Source: a virus (lineage: Duplodnaviria; Heunggongvirae; Uroviricota; Caudoviricetes). From it: a stretch of 38,423 bases of DNA. Both the position numbers and the translations under genes were made by a program. The notes beneath the pieces are model-generated. The model had not been told where the DNA came from. It made no database searches and saw nothing but the letters and a program-made list of their open reading frames with translations. Positions 28,950 to 37,929 of this stretch are shown piece after piece (the first letter of the stretch is position 1; each line of letters begins with the position of its first letter). The stretch is from the IMG/VR virus record IMGVR_UViG_2778261634_000009, positions 1 through 38,423 of that record; one strand, written 5' to 3'.

Positions 28950-29642
28950 ATGTTATATGCATTTAAGCTGGGCAGAAAACTGCGCGGCGAGGAACCTTAT
29001 TGCCCTGAAAAAGGCGGGAAAGGTGGCAGCTCTGATAAAAGTGCAAAGTATGCCGCAGAAGCTCAGAAGTATGCAGCAGACCTGCAAAATCAGCAGTTCA
29101 ACACCATCATGAACAACCTGAAGCCGTTTACTCCTCTGGCTGATAAGTATGTCGGCAGCCTCGAGAACTTATCGTCTCTGGAAGGGCAAGGTCAGGCACT
29201 TAACCAGTATTACAACTCTCAGCAGTACAAAGATCTTGCTGGTCAGGCTCGCTATCAGAGTCTGGCGGCAGCGGAAGCAACAGGTGGATTGGGTTCCACT
29301 GCAACCGGTAATCAGTTAGCAACAATCGCACCAACGCTTGGTCAGCAGTGGCTGTCTGGTCAGATGAACAACTACCAGAATCTGGCAAACGTTGGGCTTG
29401 GTGCTCTGCAAGGTCAGGCAAACGCAGGGCAGACATATGCTAACAACATGAGTCAGATTTCGCAGCAAAGTGCGGCTCTTGCAGCGGCAAATGCCAACAG
29501 ACCATCAGCAATGCAATCTGCTATTGGCGGAGGTGCGTCTGGTGCTATTGCTGGGGCAGGACTTGCGAAATTAATTGGTTCATCAACTCCGTGGGGGGCT
29601 GCGATCGGCGGCGGTCTTGGTCTGCTTGGCTCGTTGTTTTAA
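28950..29642 (+). CDS. ejection (internal virion) protein, P22 gene 7 type
   Basis: 230-aa ORF; N-terminus MLYAFKLGRKLRGEEP and Gly/Ala/Gln-rich body with C-terminal hydrophobic GLGLLGSLF match P22 gp7 as remembered. Confidence 0.75.
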   Translation: MLYAFKLGRKLRGEEPYCPEKGGKGGSSDKSAKYAAEAQKYAADLQNQQFNTIMNNLKPFTPLADKYVGSLENLSSLEGQGQALNQYYNSQQYKDLAGQARYQSLAAAEATGGLGSTATGNQLATIAPTLGQQWLSGQMNNYQNLANVGLGALQGQANAGQTYANNMSQISQQSAALAAANANRPSAMQSAIGGGASGAIAGAGLAKLIGSSTPWGAAIGGGLGLLGSLF

Positions 29643-29652
29643 GGGGTAATCA

Positions 29653-31017
29653 ATGGCTACGTGGCAACAGGGTATTAATTCTGGTGGTTTTCTGGCTGGC
29701 ATCGGTACGCAAAATGAGAATGCGCCAAAGGCAAGCGACATTAACGCAACGCTTGGTCTGATCCGCGAAAACAATGAACTGGCTCGCTCAGGTGCAAATA
29801 ACGTTGGCCTGACCGCGTTACGTGGTCTGGCTGGAGTTGCTGATATTTACAATCAGGAACAGCAACAGAAAGCGATTAGTGCGTTCAATAAGGTTCACGC
29901 TGATGCATGGGCTTCTGGTGATCCATCGGGACTATTTAAGTTTGCCCAGGAAAATCCAGCGTTTGTTGCACAGGCACAACAGGCGTTTTCCGGTCTTAAT
30001 GATCAGCAACGCAACGATATGGGCGATTTAGCCATGAGGGCTAACGTCGCTCTTTCTCAGGGACCGGAAGCCTACAGTAAATTCATTACTGACAACAAGG
30101 ACAGGTTAAATCGCGTTGGTGCTAATGCTGACTGGATGATTCAGACAGGTATCCAGAATCCAGAGCAGCTATCACACATGCTGACTACTATGTCTCTCGG
30201 TGCGCTTGGACCAGAAAAGGCGTTTGCTGTTCAGGACAAGATGGCTGGTCGTGAGATTGACCGAGGCAGACTGGCAGAGACAATCCGCAGCAATCAGGCT
30301 GGCGAGGCGCTAACAGCGCGTGGTCAGAATATCACGATGCGCGGTCAGGATTTATCGATGCAGAGAGCATCAATGAAAGGGGCGGTTGGGAATAATGAGC
30401 GTACAGTTCAGTTAGCAGATGGCAGAACTGTAACGGTAGGCGGGAAGCTTCACGGCGCTGGGGCTAATGCGTTCTACGAAGGTATCGACAACGAGGGGAA
30501 TATGGTTCGCGTCCCTGCTGGCTCTATTGCCGCTCCGGCTACATCGGCAGCAAGCGCGCAGAATTACGCAATGAAGAAAGATCTTGATGCAATTTCTGGT
30601 GCATCAATTGACGATCTTGGCTTCATGACTGGCATTACAGGCTCTTCAGGTTCTCCTGCTCTTGGTGCAGATATTCGTAGCCGTGCATCTGGTGGTGATC
30701 AGAGGAAACTATACAACGCTGCACAGCGAATCCAAGGAAAGATGCAGAATCAGGGCATTGCAGCAGCCAGAGACATGGGGGCATCCGGTATCAACACCGT
30801 TGCAGAAGCAAAGATGTATTTTCAAGGTATGCCACAGGTTGATTTCTCAAGCCCTGAAGCACTGCAACAATCAATGCGCGACATTCAGCAATATACCGAC
30901 AATTACAACCAGCAATATAACGTTAATGTTGGTAAATCTCAGCGGCAGCAATCTCAACCTACACAGGTATCACAGCCAGCAGCCAGCAGTAATTTTTCTT
31001 CACTATGGGGTGATTAA
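29653..31017 (+). CDS. ejection protein, P22 gene 20 type
   Basis: 454-aa ORF, position and size as P22 gp20. Confidence 0.75.
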   Translation: MATWQQGINSGGFLAGIGTQNENAPKASDINATLGLIRENNELARSGANNVGLTALRGLAGVADIYNQEQQQKAISAFNKVHADAWASGDPSGLFKFAQENPAFVAQAQQAFSGLNDQQRNDMGDLAMRANVALSQGPEAYSKFITDNKDRLNRVGANADWMIQTGIQNPEQLSHMLTTMSLGALGPEKAFAVQDKMAGREIDRGRLAETIRSNQAGEALTARGQNITMRGQDLSMQRASMKGAVGNNERTVQLADGRTVTVGGKLHGAGANAFYEGIDNEGNMVRVPAGSIAAPATSAASAQNYAMKKDLDAISGASIDDLGFMTGITGSSGSPALGADIRSRASGGDQRKLYNAAQRIQGKMQNQGIAAARDMGASGINTVAEAKMYFQGMPQVDFSSPEALQQSMRDIQQYTDNYNQQYNVNVGKSQRQQSQPTQVSQPAASSNFSSLWGD

Positions 31018-32891
31018 TGGCTAAAGCATGGAAAGATGTTATCGCCTCTCCACAGTATCAGGCGTTAACTGAAGAACAGAAAGCACAGGCTCAAGCGCAA
31101 TATTTTGATGAGGTTGTTGCCCCTAAGGCTGGTGACAAATGGGCTGAAGCAAGAGATCAGTTTTATGCAGCATACCCTCCGCCTCAGCAGCAGAAAGAAG
31201 AACCATCATTGATGCAACAAGCTGGCGATTGGCTCACAGGTGGTCAAAGTGCCGGGCAAATTGCAGAACAGGCTGGTCGTGGTCTGGTAAACATACCATT
31301 TGACGTATTGCAGGGTGGCGCAAGTCTGATTAATGCTATCAGCCAGGGGCTTGGTGGCCCAAAGGTTTTGGATGATGTTTATCGCCCTGTCGATCGACCG
31401 ACAGACCCCTACGCACAAGCCGGTGAAACAATTGGTGGGTATTTAGTTCCAGGAGTTGGAACGGCAGGAAGCATGGCTATTGGATCACTGGCAGAGGCCG
31501 CAAATCAGAAAGGCGATTTCGCACAAAATGCAGCTAAAAATGCCGGAGTTAACCTTGCCGCTCAAGGTGTTCTTTCCGCAGCAGCAAAGGGAATAGGGCG
31601 TGGAATAACGGCTATAAAAGGTGATATTGCGCCAGAAGTGGCGAAGAAAATTGCCACATCAGAATCGATGGGCGTGACACCAATGACATCTGATGTTATC
31701 CCGCCGAAAAATGCTTTCACTCGCGGCCTTACTCAGGATGCCGAGGGGGCTTTGCTCGGGACGGGCTCAAAGCGAGCAGAGCAATATGCAACGCGTAGTA
31801 AGCTGGTAAGCAATTATTTTGACCGTTTTGGTGAGTACAACCCTGATGATGTGGTGAAATCTCTGACCACCACGTTAAGGGGACGGAAGGATACTGCTGG
31901 CGCTGTTATCAATGACGTCACCAATAAAATGGGTAATGCCGCAGTTGATACCACAAATACCATGAATGCTCTGAATACAGCGATCGCAAGACAGGAACGG
32001 CTTGGGACTTCAGCCAATCAAAGCCTGCTTACATCCTTGCGTAACCTACGTGAAGAATTAGCAAACCCTGCAACTGATTTGGATGTTACGTTTGATCTCT
32101 TGCGTCAGCACAGAACAGCCTTTAGATCTAATGTTCAGGGAGATGCTATGGTCTTCCCCAACCAGGCAAAAGCAGCTACCAATATGGTAGAGAATGCAAT
32201 GTCAAAAGACCTTCGTAACGCAGTTGCTAAAAACCTCAGTGCATCAGACGCAGCAAAATACCTTAAAGCAAATTCCGATTATGCAAACGTTTATAATAAG
32301 GTGCTTAATAAAAACATTGCTAACAAACTCAACAAGGCAAGCAGTGAAGCCAGTCCTGAACTTATAAATACCGTTGTATTAAGCAGAAAACCATCTGACG
32401 TGAAACGAATCTGGAGCGCACTGGATGATAAAGGGAAAGATGCTATGCGTGCAGCTTACGTCAGCAAAATAGCGGAAAAGGCCGGTGACTCTCCAGCCAA
32501 GTTCATCACTGAAGTTAATAAGCTGAAATCTCAGTCAGGCGGTGAAATTTACAACACTATTTTTTCTGGAAAGCACATGAAAGAACTTGATGCTCTTAAT
32601 GAAGTTCTACAGCAAACAGCAAGGTCAGACACCGCAAATGTAGTAACTCAGACGGGGCAATCGCAAGCCAACAGGATAAGGACGATTGGCGCAACTGCGA
32701 CTCTTGGCGTATCAATGGGGCTTGAGGCTGGTTTCGGTGCAATGATGCGCTTGTATGAGTCCAAAGCAGCAAGGAATGCGCTCTTACGTCTGGCAAACAC
32801 CAAAGCAGGAACGCCAGCCTATGAAAGAGCATTAAGTAACGCTGCAAATGCCATCAGACCGCTGCTTGCCACTGAGGCAACACAGCAGTGA
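31017..32891 (+). CDS. ejection protein, P22 gene 16 type
   Basis: 624-aa ORF, position and size as P22 gp16; start overlaps gene 20 stop. Confidence 0.75.
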   Translation: MAKAWKDVIASPQYQALTEEQKAQAQAQYFDEVVAPKAGDKWAEARDQFYAAYPPPQQQKEEPSLMQQAGDWLTGGQSAGQIAEQAGRGLVNIPFDVLQGGASLINAISQGLGGPKVLDDVYRPVDRPTDPYAQAGETIGGYLVPGVGTAGSMAIGSLAEAANQKGDFAQNAAKNAGVNLAAQGVLSAAAKGIGRGITAIKGDIAPEVAKKIATSESMGVTPMTSDVIPPKNAFTRGLTQDAEGALLGTGSKRAEQYATRSKLVSNYFDRFGEYNPDDVVKSLTTTLRGRKDTAGAVINDVTNKMGNAAVDTTNTMNALNTAIARQERLGTSANQSLLTSLRNLREELANPATDLDVTFDLLRQHRTAFRSNVQGDAMVFPNQAKAATNMVENAMSKDLRNAVAKNLSASDAAKYLKANSDYANVYNKVLNKNIANKLNKASSEASPELINTVVLSRKPSDVKRIWSALDDKGKDAMRAAYVSKIAEKAGDSPAKFITEVNKLKSQSGGEIYNTIFSGKHMKELDALNEVLQQTARSDTANVVTQTGQSQANRIRTIGATATLGVSMGLEAGFGAMMRLYESKAARNALLRLANTKAGTPAYERALSNAANAIRPLLATEATQQ

Positions 32892-32908
32892 CTAAATGCC
32901 ATGGATGG

Positions 32909-33097
32909 TTATTTCCCTAGCACATGAAACAATGTTTGCTTTAATTCCACCCATACAATTATGACCACTATAGACAGACAAAAGAAACTGAATGCATTGG
33001 CATCACGATCGAAACCTTCTCCGGCACTAAATCCGTAAAAGGTCATAAAAAATATAAAAATTGCGCACTTTGCAACGTTTACAAATTTTTTCTTCAC
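32909..33097 (-). CDS. small two-segment membrane protein (moron), GTG start
   Basis: 62-aa ORF with two hydrophobic helices; GTG start preceded by TAAGGAGGT with 5-nt spacer; AT-rich; convergent with gene 16 and divergent from the lipoprotein gene. Confidence 0.5.
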   Translation of the reverse strand: MKKKFVNVAKCAIFIFFMTFYGFSAGEGFDRDANAFSFFCLSIVVIIVWVELKQTLFHVLGK

Positions 33098-33214
33098 ACC
33101 AACCTCCTTAGTTTTTAGCAGGATACCATGAAAAAAGTAAACATCTTTTGCCTACTTCACATTTGAATGGTTTGTCATTAGGATGTTTCCGGTTTTTTAA
33201 ATATGGAAATTGAT

Positions 33215-33634
33215 ATGAAGAGGATTATTGGCGTCGTTGCTGGCGCTATGATGTTATCTGGGTGCGCAACTATTGTTGGTGATGAAACGCAACTTGTGCA
33301 AGTGAACAGCAACCCTTCCGGTGCGAGCTTTAAGGTAAAAGATGAATCAGGCGTGATTGTTGCGCAAGGCAAGACTCCACAAGGAGTAACTCTTGCCAAG
33401 TCAGATGGTAGTTATTTTGGCAAAAAGAGCTACCAGATCACTATGGAAAAGGATGGGTACGAACCAGTTACCCTGCCAATCAAAGCCAATGCTAATGGTT
33501 GGTATATTGGTGGAAACCTTGTGTTTGGTGGGTTAATTGGTTGGCTTGCTGTTGATCCATTTAATGGTGGGATGTATACATTGAAGCCAAAAGAGGCAAA
33601 TGCATCTCTTATACCTTCCACGAAGCAAGATTAA
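33215..33634 (+). CDS. PEGA-like domain lipoprotein (moron)
   Basis: Signal peptide MKRIIGVVAGAMMLSGC with lipobox L-S-G-C; PEGA-like beta-domain pattern (NSNPSGASFKV...GKTPQGVTL...YQITMEKDGYEPVT); glycine-rich C-terminal segment; own terminator. Confidence 0.7.
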   Translation: MKRIIGVVAGAMMLSGCATIVGDETQLVQVNSNPSGASFKVKDESGVIVAQGKTPQGVTLAKSDGSYFGKKSYQITMEKDGYEPVTLPIKANANGWYIGGNLVFGGLIGWLAVDPFNGGMYTLKPKEANASLIPSTKQD

Positions 33635-33641
33635 GAAATGA

Positions 33642-33667
33642 AACCCACCGTCAGGTGGGTTTTTTAT
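33642..33667. terminator. intrinsic terminator between convergent lipoprotein and ClpP-like genes (likely bidirectional)
   Basis: 8-bp GC-rich stem AACCCACC / GGTGGGTT with 4-nt loop followed by TTTTTAT on the plus strand; T-rich flank also on the minus strand. Confidence 0.7.
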
Positions 33668-33690
33668 AAGGAGTAATCATGATTTACCCA

Positions 33691-34227
33691 TCAAACAACC
33701 CACCAGTTTGCCTGATTGGATACCAGCCTTGCAGTTTTTATGGAATTAATTATGCCATGCTCAAGAGCCTTGTTAGCATCCAAAATGGTCGAGTCTGCTA
33801 TCAGGGATGCCCACCTAATATGGGTTCCGATGTCGATATTGAACGTCTCAACGAAGCGATCAAGATCGTTATCGAGGCATTTCCCGTACTCTCTCAATCT
33901 GGCATGGTCGGCGGCTGGGGTGGCAAAGCCCCATAATAGAGGATGTAACAGGAATCTTGATAATGGGTTTGCGAAACGCTCTGAGCCAGCCAGGAAAACG
34001 ATATTAGCTATGGATTCAACATTGCTTATGTTGTGAGTTCTAACGGTAACAGGGAGTGACTTAAGAAAGTTATACGCAGTAAAACCAGCGGCAGTTTCCC
34101 CTCCCTGACTTGATATATGGATATTTAATTCAGTTGCGCCTTGAGATAATGCGGTGAGACAGTGGTTCTGAAGTTGCCCAACAGTGGCGGTGTTAACGGG
34201 GCATAAGAAATGAATTGTGTGCAGCAT
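33691..34227 (-). CDS. ClpP-family (S14) serine protease-like protein, stand-alone
   Basis: 178-aa ORF; IHISSQGGETAAGFTAY and SIANIVFLAGSERFANPLSRFLLHPLLWG align by eye with E. coli ClpP YINSPGGVITAGMSIY and [31 protein letters not shown], conserving the catalytic Ser and His positions; start codon overlaps the mnt stop (TAATG). Confidence 0.75.
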   Translation of the reverse strand: MLHTIHFLCPVNTATVGQLQNHCLTALSQGATELNIHISSQGGETAAGFTAYNFLKSLPVTVRTHNISNVESIANIVFLAGSERFANPLSRFLLHPLLWGFATPAADHARLREYGKCLDNDLDRFVETFNIDIGTHIRWASLIADSTILDANKALEHGIINSIKTARLVSNQANWWVV

Positions 34228-34481
34228 TATTTATCATCCTTGCCATAAATCTTTTTAAGTGTCTCAAATACAACAGTCTTGAACTGCTCTGCCTGCTGAT
34301 CAGCCAAGCGTTCAGCTTCGTCGCGATAGCCAGTCACAGGCGATGGTTTTGATAGAGCATCTTGGACGATTTGTAACAACTCGGAGTTCATTGATCTCCC
34401 ATTCGCCTCCGCCCTGAATTTTAATTTCTCCCTTACTTCCATAGGCATACGGAAGTTAAAGTGCGGATCATCTCTAGCCAT
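34227..34481 (-). CDS. mnt: Mnt repressor (ribbon-helix-helix), maintenance of lysogeny in immI
   Basis: 84-aa ORF MARDDPHFNFRMPMEVREKLKFRAEANGRSMNSELLQIVQDAL... matches P22 Mnt as remembered. Confidence 0.9.
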   Translation of the reverse strand: MARDDPHFNFRMPMEVREKLKFRAEANGRSMNSELLQIVQDALSKPSPVTGYRDEAERLADQQAEQFKTVVFETLKKIYGKDDK

Positions 34482-34503
34482 GCCATCACTCCAAGTTAGT
34501 GTA

Positions 34504-34555
34504 TTGACATGATAGAAGCACTCTACTATATTCTCAATAGGTCCACGGTGGGCCT
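34504..34555. promoter_or_regulatory. immI control region: Pant promoter with Arc operator and Mnt operator (divergent Pmnt)
   Basis: -35 TTGACA (34504..34509) and -10 TATATT (34527..34532); Arc-operator-like TGATAGAAGCACTCTACTATA between them; 17-bp near-palindrome AGGTCCACGGTGGGCCT (34539..34555) resembling the P22 Mnt operator. Confidence 0.6.
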
Positions 34556-34571
34556 ATATTGTGAGGTGAAT

Positions 34572-34733
34572 ATGAAAGGAATGAGCAAAATGCCGCAGTT
34601 CAATTTGCGGTGGCCTAAAGAAGTATTGGATTTGGTCCGCAAGGTGGCGGAAGAGAATGGTCGGTCTGTTAACTCTGAGATTTATCAGAGAGTAATGGAA
34701 AGCTTTAAGAAGGAAGGGCGCATTGGCGCGTAA
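34572..34733 (+). CDS. arc: Arc repressor (ribbon-helix-helix)
   Basis: MKGMSKMPQFNLRWPKEVLDLVRKVAEENGRSVNSEIYQRVMESFKKEGRIGA, essentially P22 Arc (53 aa) as remembered; track ORF 34509..34733 is an upstream extension into the promoter. Confidence 0.9.
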   Translation: MKGMSKMPQFNLRWPKEVLDLVRKVAEENGRSVNSEIYQRVMESFKKEGRIGA

Positions 34734-34802
34734 AGTTGAAGCCCCAACTGCTGGAACAGTCAGGGCTTCGGTATCGTAAAACCACGCATAGGAATTAACG
34801 AC

Positions 34803-35726
34803 ATGAAAAGTATAGCAACAGCAGTATCTACTATCAATGTACCATTCCACGGCGCAGAGCTTTATGTTGTCAATCACAACGGCGAACCGTATACCCCAAT
34901 GAAACCTATCGTTGAGGGAATGGGTATGGATTGGGCTTCACAGTTTACAAAGTTAAAACAAAGATTTGCTAAAGGTATTGTGGAAATCGCAATACCTTCA
35001 GTTGGCGGTGTGCAGACCATGATTTGCCTTGCTTTACGTAAACTGAATGGCTGGTTGCAAACCATCAGCCCTAACAAAGTCCGCCCTGAAATCCGCGACA
35101 ATGTAATCCAGTATCAAGAAGAGTGTGACGATGTGCTATACGAGTACTGGACTAAAGGCCATGTAGTTAACCCACGCAAAGCTAAAAAGGCGTTGCCTGG
35201 TAAAATCACTACTGAACAGCAGGAAGCCATTAAACAACTCGTCATGAGTCGCGGTCAGTCTCTGCCAAAAGAAAAACAGGCTAAGGCGATGATCACCATG
35301 TGGTCGTCACTGAAATCCCATTTTGGATGTTCGTACAAAGAAATCAGTGAGGAGCAGTTTACCGAAGCACTGTCACTTGCAGCTCGAGTTCCGCTTGAAG
35401 GTGAGTTCATCGGCAAACAAGAGAAGAAAACCAACGAGCTTTCTGCAAAAGAAGCAAACAGCCTTGTATGGTTATGGGATTATGCCAACCGCTCACAGGC
35501 ATTATTCCGCGAACTGTATCCGGCGCTAAAACAAATTCAATCGAACTATTCCGGCAGATGTCATGACTGCGGTTATGAGTTCTCCCGTATTATCGATATA
35601 GCGAGAGATGTTTTAATCAATCACACACGAGATGTTGATATCAATGAGCCAGACGGACCAACGAATCTTTCCGCATGGATGAGACTTAAGAATAAAGAAT
35701 TACCTCCTTCAGTTCATAACTACTGA
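34803..35726 (+). CDS. ant: antirepressor Ant
   Basis: 307-aa ORF immediately downstream of arc, size and position as P22 Ant. Confidence 0.85.
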   Translation: MKSIATAVSTINVPFHGAELYVVNHNGEPYTPMKPIVEGMGMDWASQFTKLKQRFAKGIVEIAIPSVGGVQTMICLALRKLNGWLQTISPNKVRPEIRDNVIQYQEECDDVLYEYWTKGHVVNPRKAKKALPGKITTEQQEAIKQLVMSRGQSLPKEKQAKAMITMWSSLKSHFGCSYKEISEEQFTEALSLAARVPLEGEFIGKQEKKTNELSAKEANSLVWLWDYANRSQALFRELYPALKQIQSNYSGRCHDCGYEFSRIIDIARDVLINHTRDVDINEPDGPTNLSAWMRLKNKELPPSVHNY

Positions 35727-35744
35727 CAGATAACCAACGCAACG

Positions 35745-35768
35745 ACCCAGCTTCGGCTGGGTTTTTTT
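35745..35768 (+). terminator. intrinsic terminator after ant
   Basis: Stem ACCCAGC / GCTGGGT with loop TTCG followed by TTTTTTT. Confidence 0.75.
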
Positions 35769-35826
35769 ATGCCCAAAATTCACCGTAGCCCCGCTGCGGC
35801 GATTCCTTGTATCTGGAGCAAATTAA

Positions 35827-37929
35827 ATGACAGACATTACAGCCAATGTTGTTGTTAGCATGCCTTCGCAACTCTTCACTATGGCGCGTTCTTTTAAAGC
35901 CGTAGCCAATGGCAAAATTTATATCGGTAAAATTGACACGGACCCTGTAAATCCTGAAAACCAGATTCAGGTTTATGTAGAGAATGAAGACTGTTCTCAC
36001 GTTCCTGTTTCTCAACCAATCATCATTAATGCTGCTGGTTATCCGGTATATAACGGGCAGATTGCCAAATTCGTAACCGTGCAAGGCCACTCTATGGCTG
36101 TTTATGATGCGTACGGTGTGCAGCAGTTCTATTTTCCAAATATTTTAAAGTACGATCCTGACCAATTGAGACAGGAATTAAGCAATCCTGCAGATGGCGT
36201 CGGCGATGCTTTGATCGCTGTAAAACAGCCTGTTGATGGCTCGATTGCTGTAACTCAGCATGATAAAAACGCTGAGAACATCAGTGCGATTGATTTTGGT
36301 GCTAAGGGTGATGGTGTCACTAACGATGTTGCGGCTTTGCAACTGATGGCTACCAAGGTAGGTTATATCCGCCTCACGAGAGGAAGTTACTTCCTTACCA
36401 CCTCTACCCTTGATGCTCCAGTCATCTTCGAAGATGGTGCGGCTTTAGTTTCGGCGAAGAACAACACTGTCACCATCACTGGCGCTATCACCTCGATTCG
36501 TCAGTGGATATTTAAAGGTGATGGCCTGTACTCGCTGAGTAATGACACTAACAGCGGTGAAAACTCCAGGGAGATTCACGCGTCATGGTTTGGCGTATTT
36601 CCAACCGGCACAACCGAAATAGACCAGTCAACCGCGCTTAATAAGGCACTGTCCTCTCTTGGTACATCACGAGAGGGAGTCGTTCATTTTGATATTGGTC
36701 GCTATACGCTGGGAGCTGCCGTGCAGGTTCCCCGTGCGATTGAGATCAGAGGGAAAGGAAGTCGCAGGACAATTTTTAACGTAACAGCCAACGACTTCGA
36801 CGTTTTCACTCCTCAGGCTAACGGGGTTAAGTTCACTGGAATTCAGTTTGAGCCATCACCAAACCTGTCGACAGGATTCCGAAGCTCTGGACACTGGATA
36901 AACCTGTCTCAGCAACTTTGCGAGGTAGATGATGTCTGGATGGGAAGGGCATTCCAGAGCCTGAAAGTTACCGCAGGGCAGTGCAAGCTGCGACGTATAT
37001 CAGCGACCTATTCAGAGAGCGTGGGTTCTGGTTCTTATCTGATTTCAATTCAGGGATCAGATTGCTCGCTGGAAGGCGTGCACGTTGCCAGTTCAAACTT
37101 TGGTCCAACGAGGATAGTTGAGGTTGGTGGTGAAGAAACATCAAACGTGTCAAATGTCCTGGTTGATAATGTCACCTTCAATAACCCATCCATTGGCATT
37201 TCAATCAACACCACCGTGAGGGTCATATCAGGAATAATCATTCGTGCTATTCGCTGCAAAGGTAATGCAAACTATCCTGCGATTCGTTGTGTTGAGCTGA
37301 CAACATCAGGGACCGGAACAGGCAATATTAATAATGTGGTGATTGATGGAGTGACGGCTAATGAATACGTTACTCACTGCCTGCTTATTTCCCAGGGGAA
37401 TAACGGGTCAATCACCAAGGTGTCCGCGAGCAACTTTAAGGTAAATGGATCCACAGGTGTTGGGATTAACTTTGTTCAAACGCTTGGCAGACTTTCAACA
37501 ATAGTCATCGGTGACACTGTGGATGTTTCGGCATATGCAACTCCTTACCAGTACAGCGGAACAATGAGTAATGTTGTGGTGGCTGCGGAAGCTAACCCAA
37601 TTACTAACACTGCTCTATGTTACGACTACACAATTAATGATGACTCAGTTGTTTCCATTGATCTTCACAGACAAATGTTTACTGGATTCCTGATGGTAAG
37701 TGTGGGTACCGAGGAGTATGCAATTCTCGTTATAAGAGCTGCGGCAAGCCAGAGAATATTGACTGTGCAGGTTTCAGGGAACGTCAATACAACAACAGGC
37801 GTATTAACTGGAACAACCGGTGCTGATGGAAAATTTACTGTTGGGATAGCGAACAGCGCCCTCTATTTTGAGAACAGGCTTGGCAACTCTCAGCGAGTAA
37901 GTGTTTCAACACTATTTGGCATTCGTTAA
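35827..37929 (+). CDS. tailspike protein: P22-type N-terminal head-binding domain fused to a different right-handed beta-helix receptor-binding/depolymerase domain
   Basis: First about 115 aa ([34 protein letters not shown]...KYDPDQ) match the P22 gp9 N-terminal domain as remembered; remainder unlike P22 gp9 and contains a pectate-lyase-like motif [21 protein letters not shown]. Confidence 0.85.
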   Translation: MTDITANVVVSMPSQLFTMARSFKAVANGKIYIGKIDTDPVNPENQIQVYVENEDCSHVPVSQPIIINAAGYPVYNGQIAKFVTVQGHSMAVYDAYGVQQFYFPNILKYDPDQLRQELSNPADGVGDALIAVKQPVDGSIAVTQHDKNAENISAIDFGAKGDGVTNDVAALQLMATKVGYIRLTRGSYFLTTSTLDAPVIFEDGAALVSAKNNTVTITGAITSIRQWIFKGDGLYSLSNDTNSGENSREIHASWFGVFPTGTTEIDQSTALNKALSSLGTSREGVVHFDIGRYTLGAAVQVPRAIEIRGKGSRRTIFNVTANDFDVFTPQANGVKFTGIQFEPSPNLSTGFRSSGHWINLSQQLCEVDDVWMGRAFQSLKVTAGQCKLRRISATYSESVGSGSYLISIQGSDCSLEGVHVASSNFGPTRIVEVGGEETSNVSNVLVDNVTFNNPSIGISINTTVRVISGIIIRAIRCKGNANYPAIRCVELTTSGTGTGNINNVVIDGVTANEYVTHCLLISQGNNGSITKVSASNFKVNGSTGVGINFVQTLGRLSTIVIGDTVDVSAYATPYQYSGTMSNVVVAAEANPITNTALCYDYTINDDSVVSIDLHRQMFTGFLMVSVGTEEYAILVIRAAASQRILTVQVSGNVNTTTGVLTGTTGADGKFTVGIANSALYFENRLGNSQRVSVSTLFGIR

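Larger units (their letters stand above)
1..37929. mobile_element. P22-like lambdoid prophage, near-complete (integrase expected just upstream of window start; right end after tailspike)
   Basis: Colinear gene order xis / early-left / cI-cro-cII / O-DnaC / nin / Q / lysis / terminase-portal-scaffold-coat / tail-ejection / mnt-arc-ant / tailspike; several proteins match remembered P22 and lambda sequences. Confidence 0.85.

Noticed and set aside
34749-34780. sar antisense RNA gene in the arc-ant spacer
   Set aside because: A hairpin is present but lacks a following U-run on either strand and I could not place a promoter confidently; mentioned in findings rather than annotated as an ncRNA.
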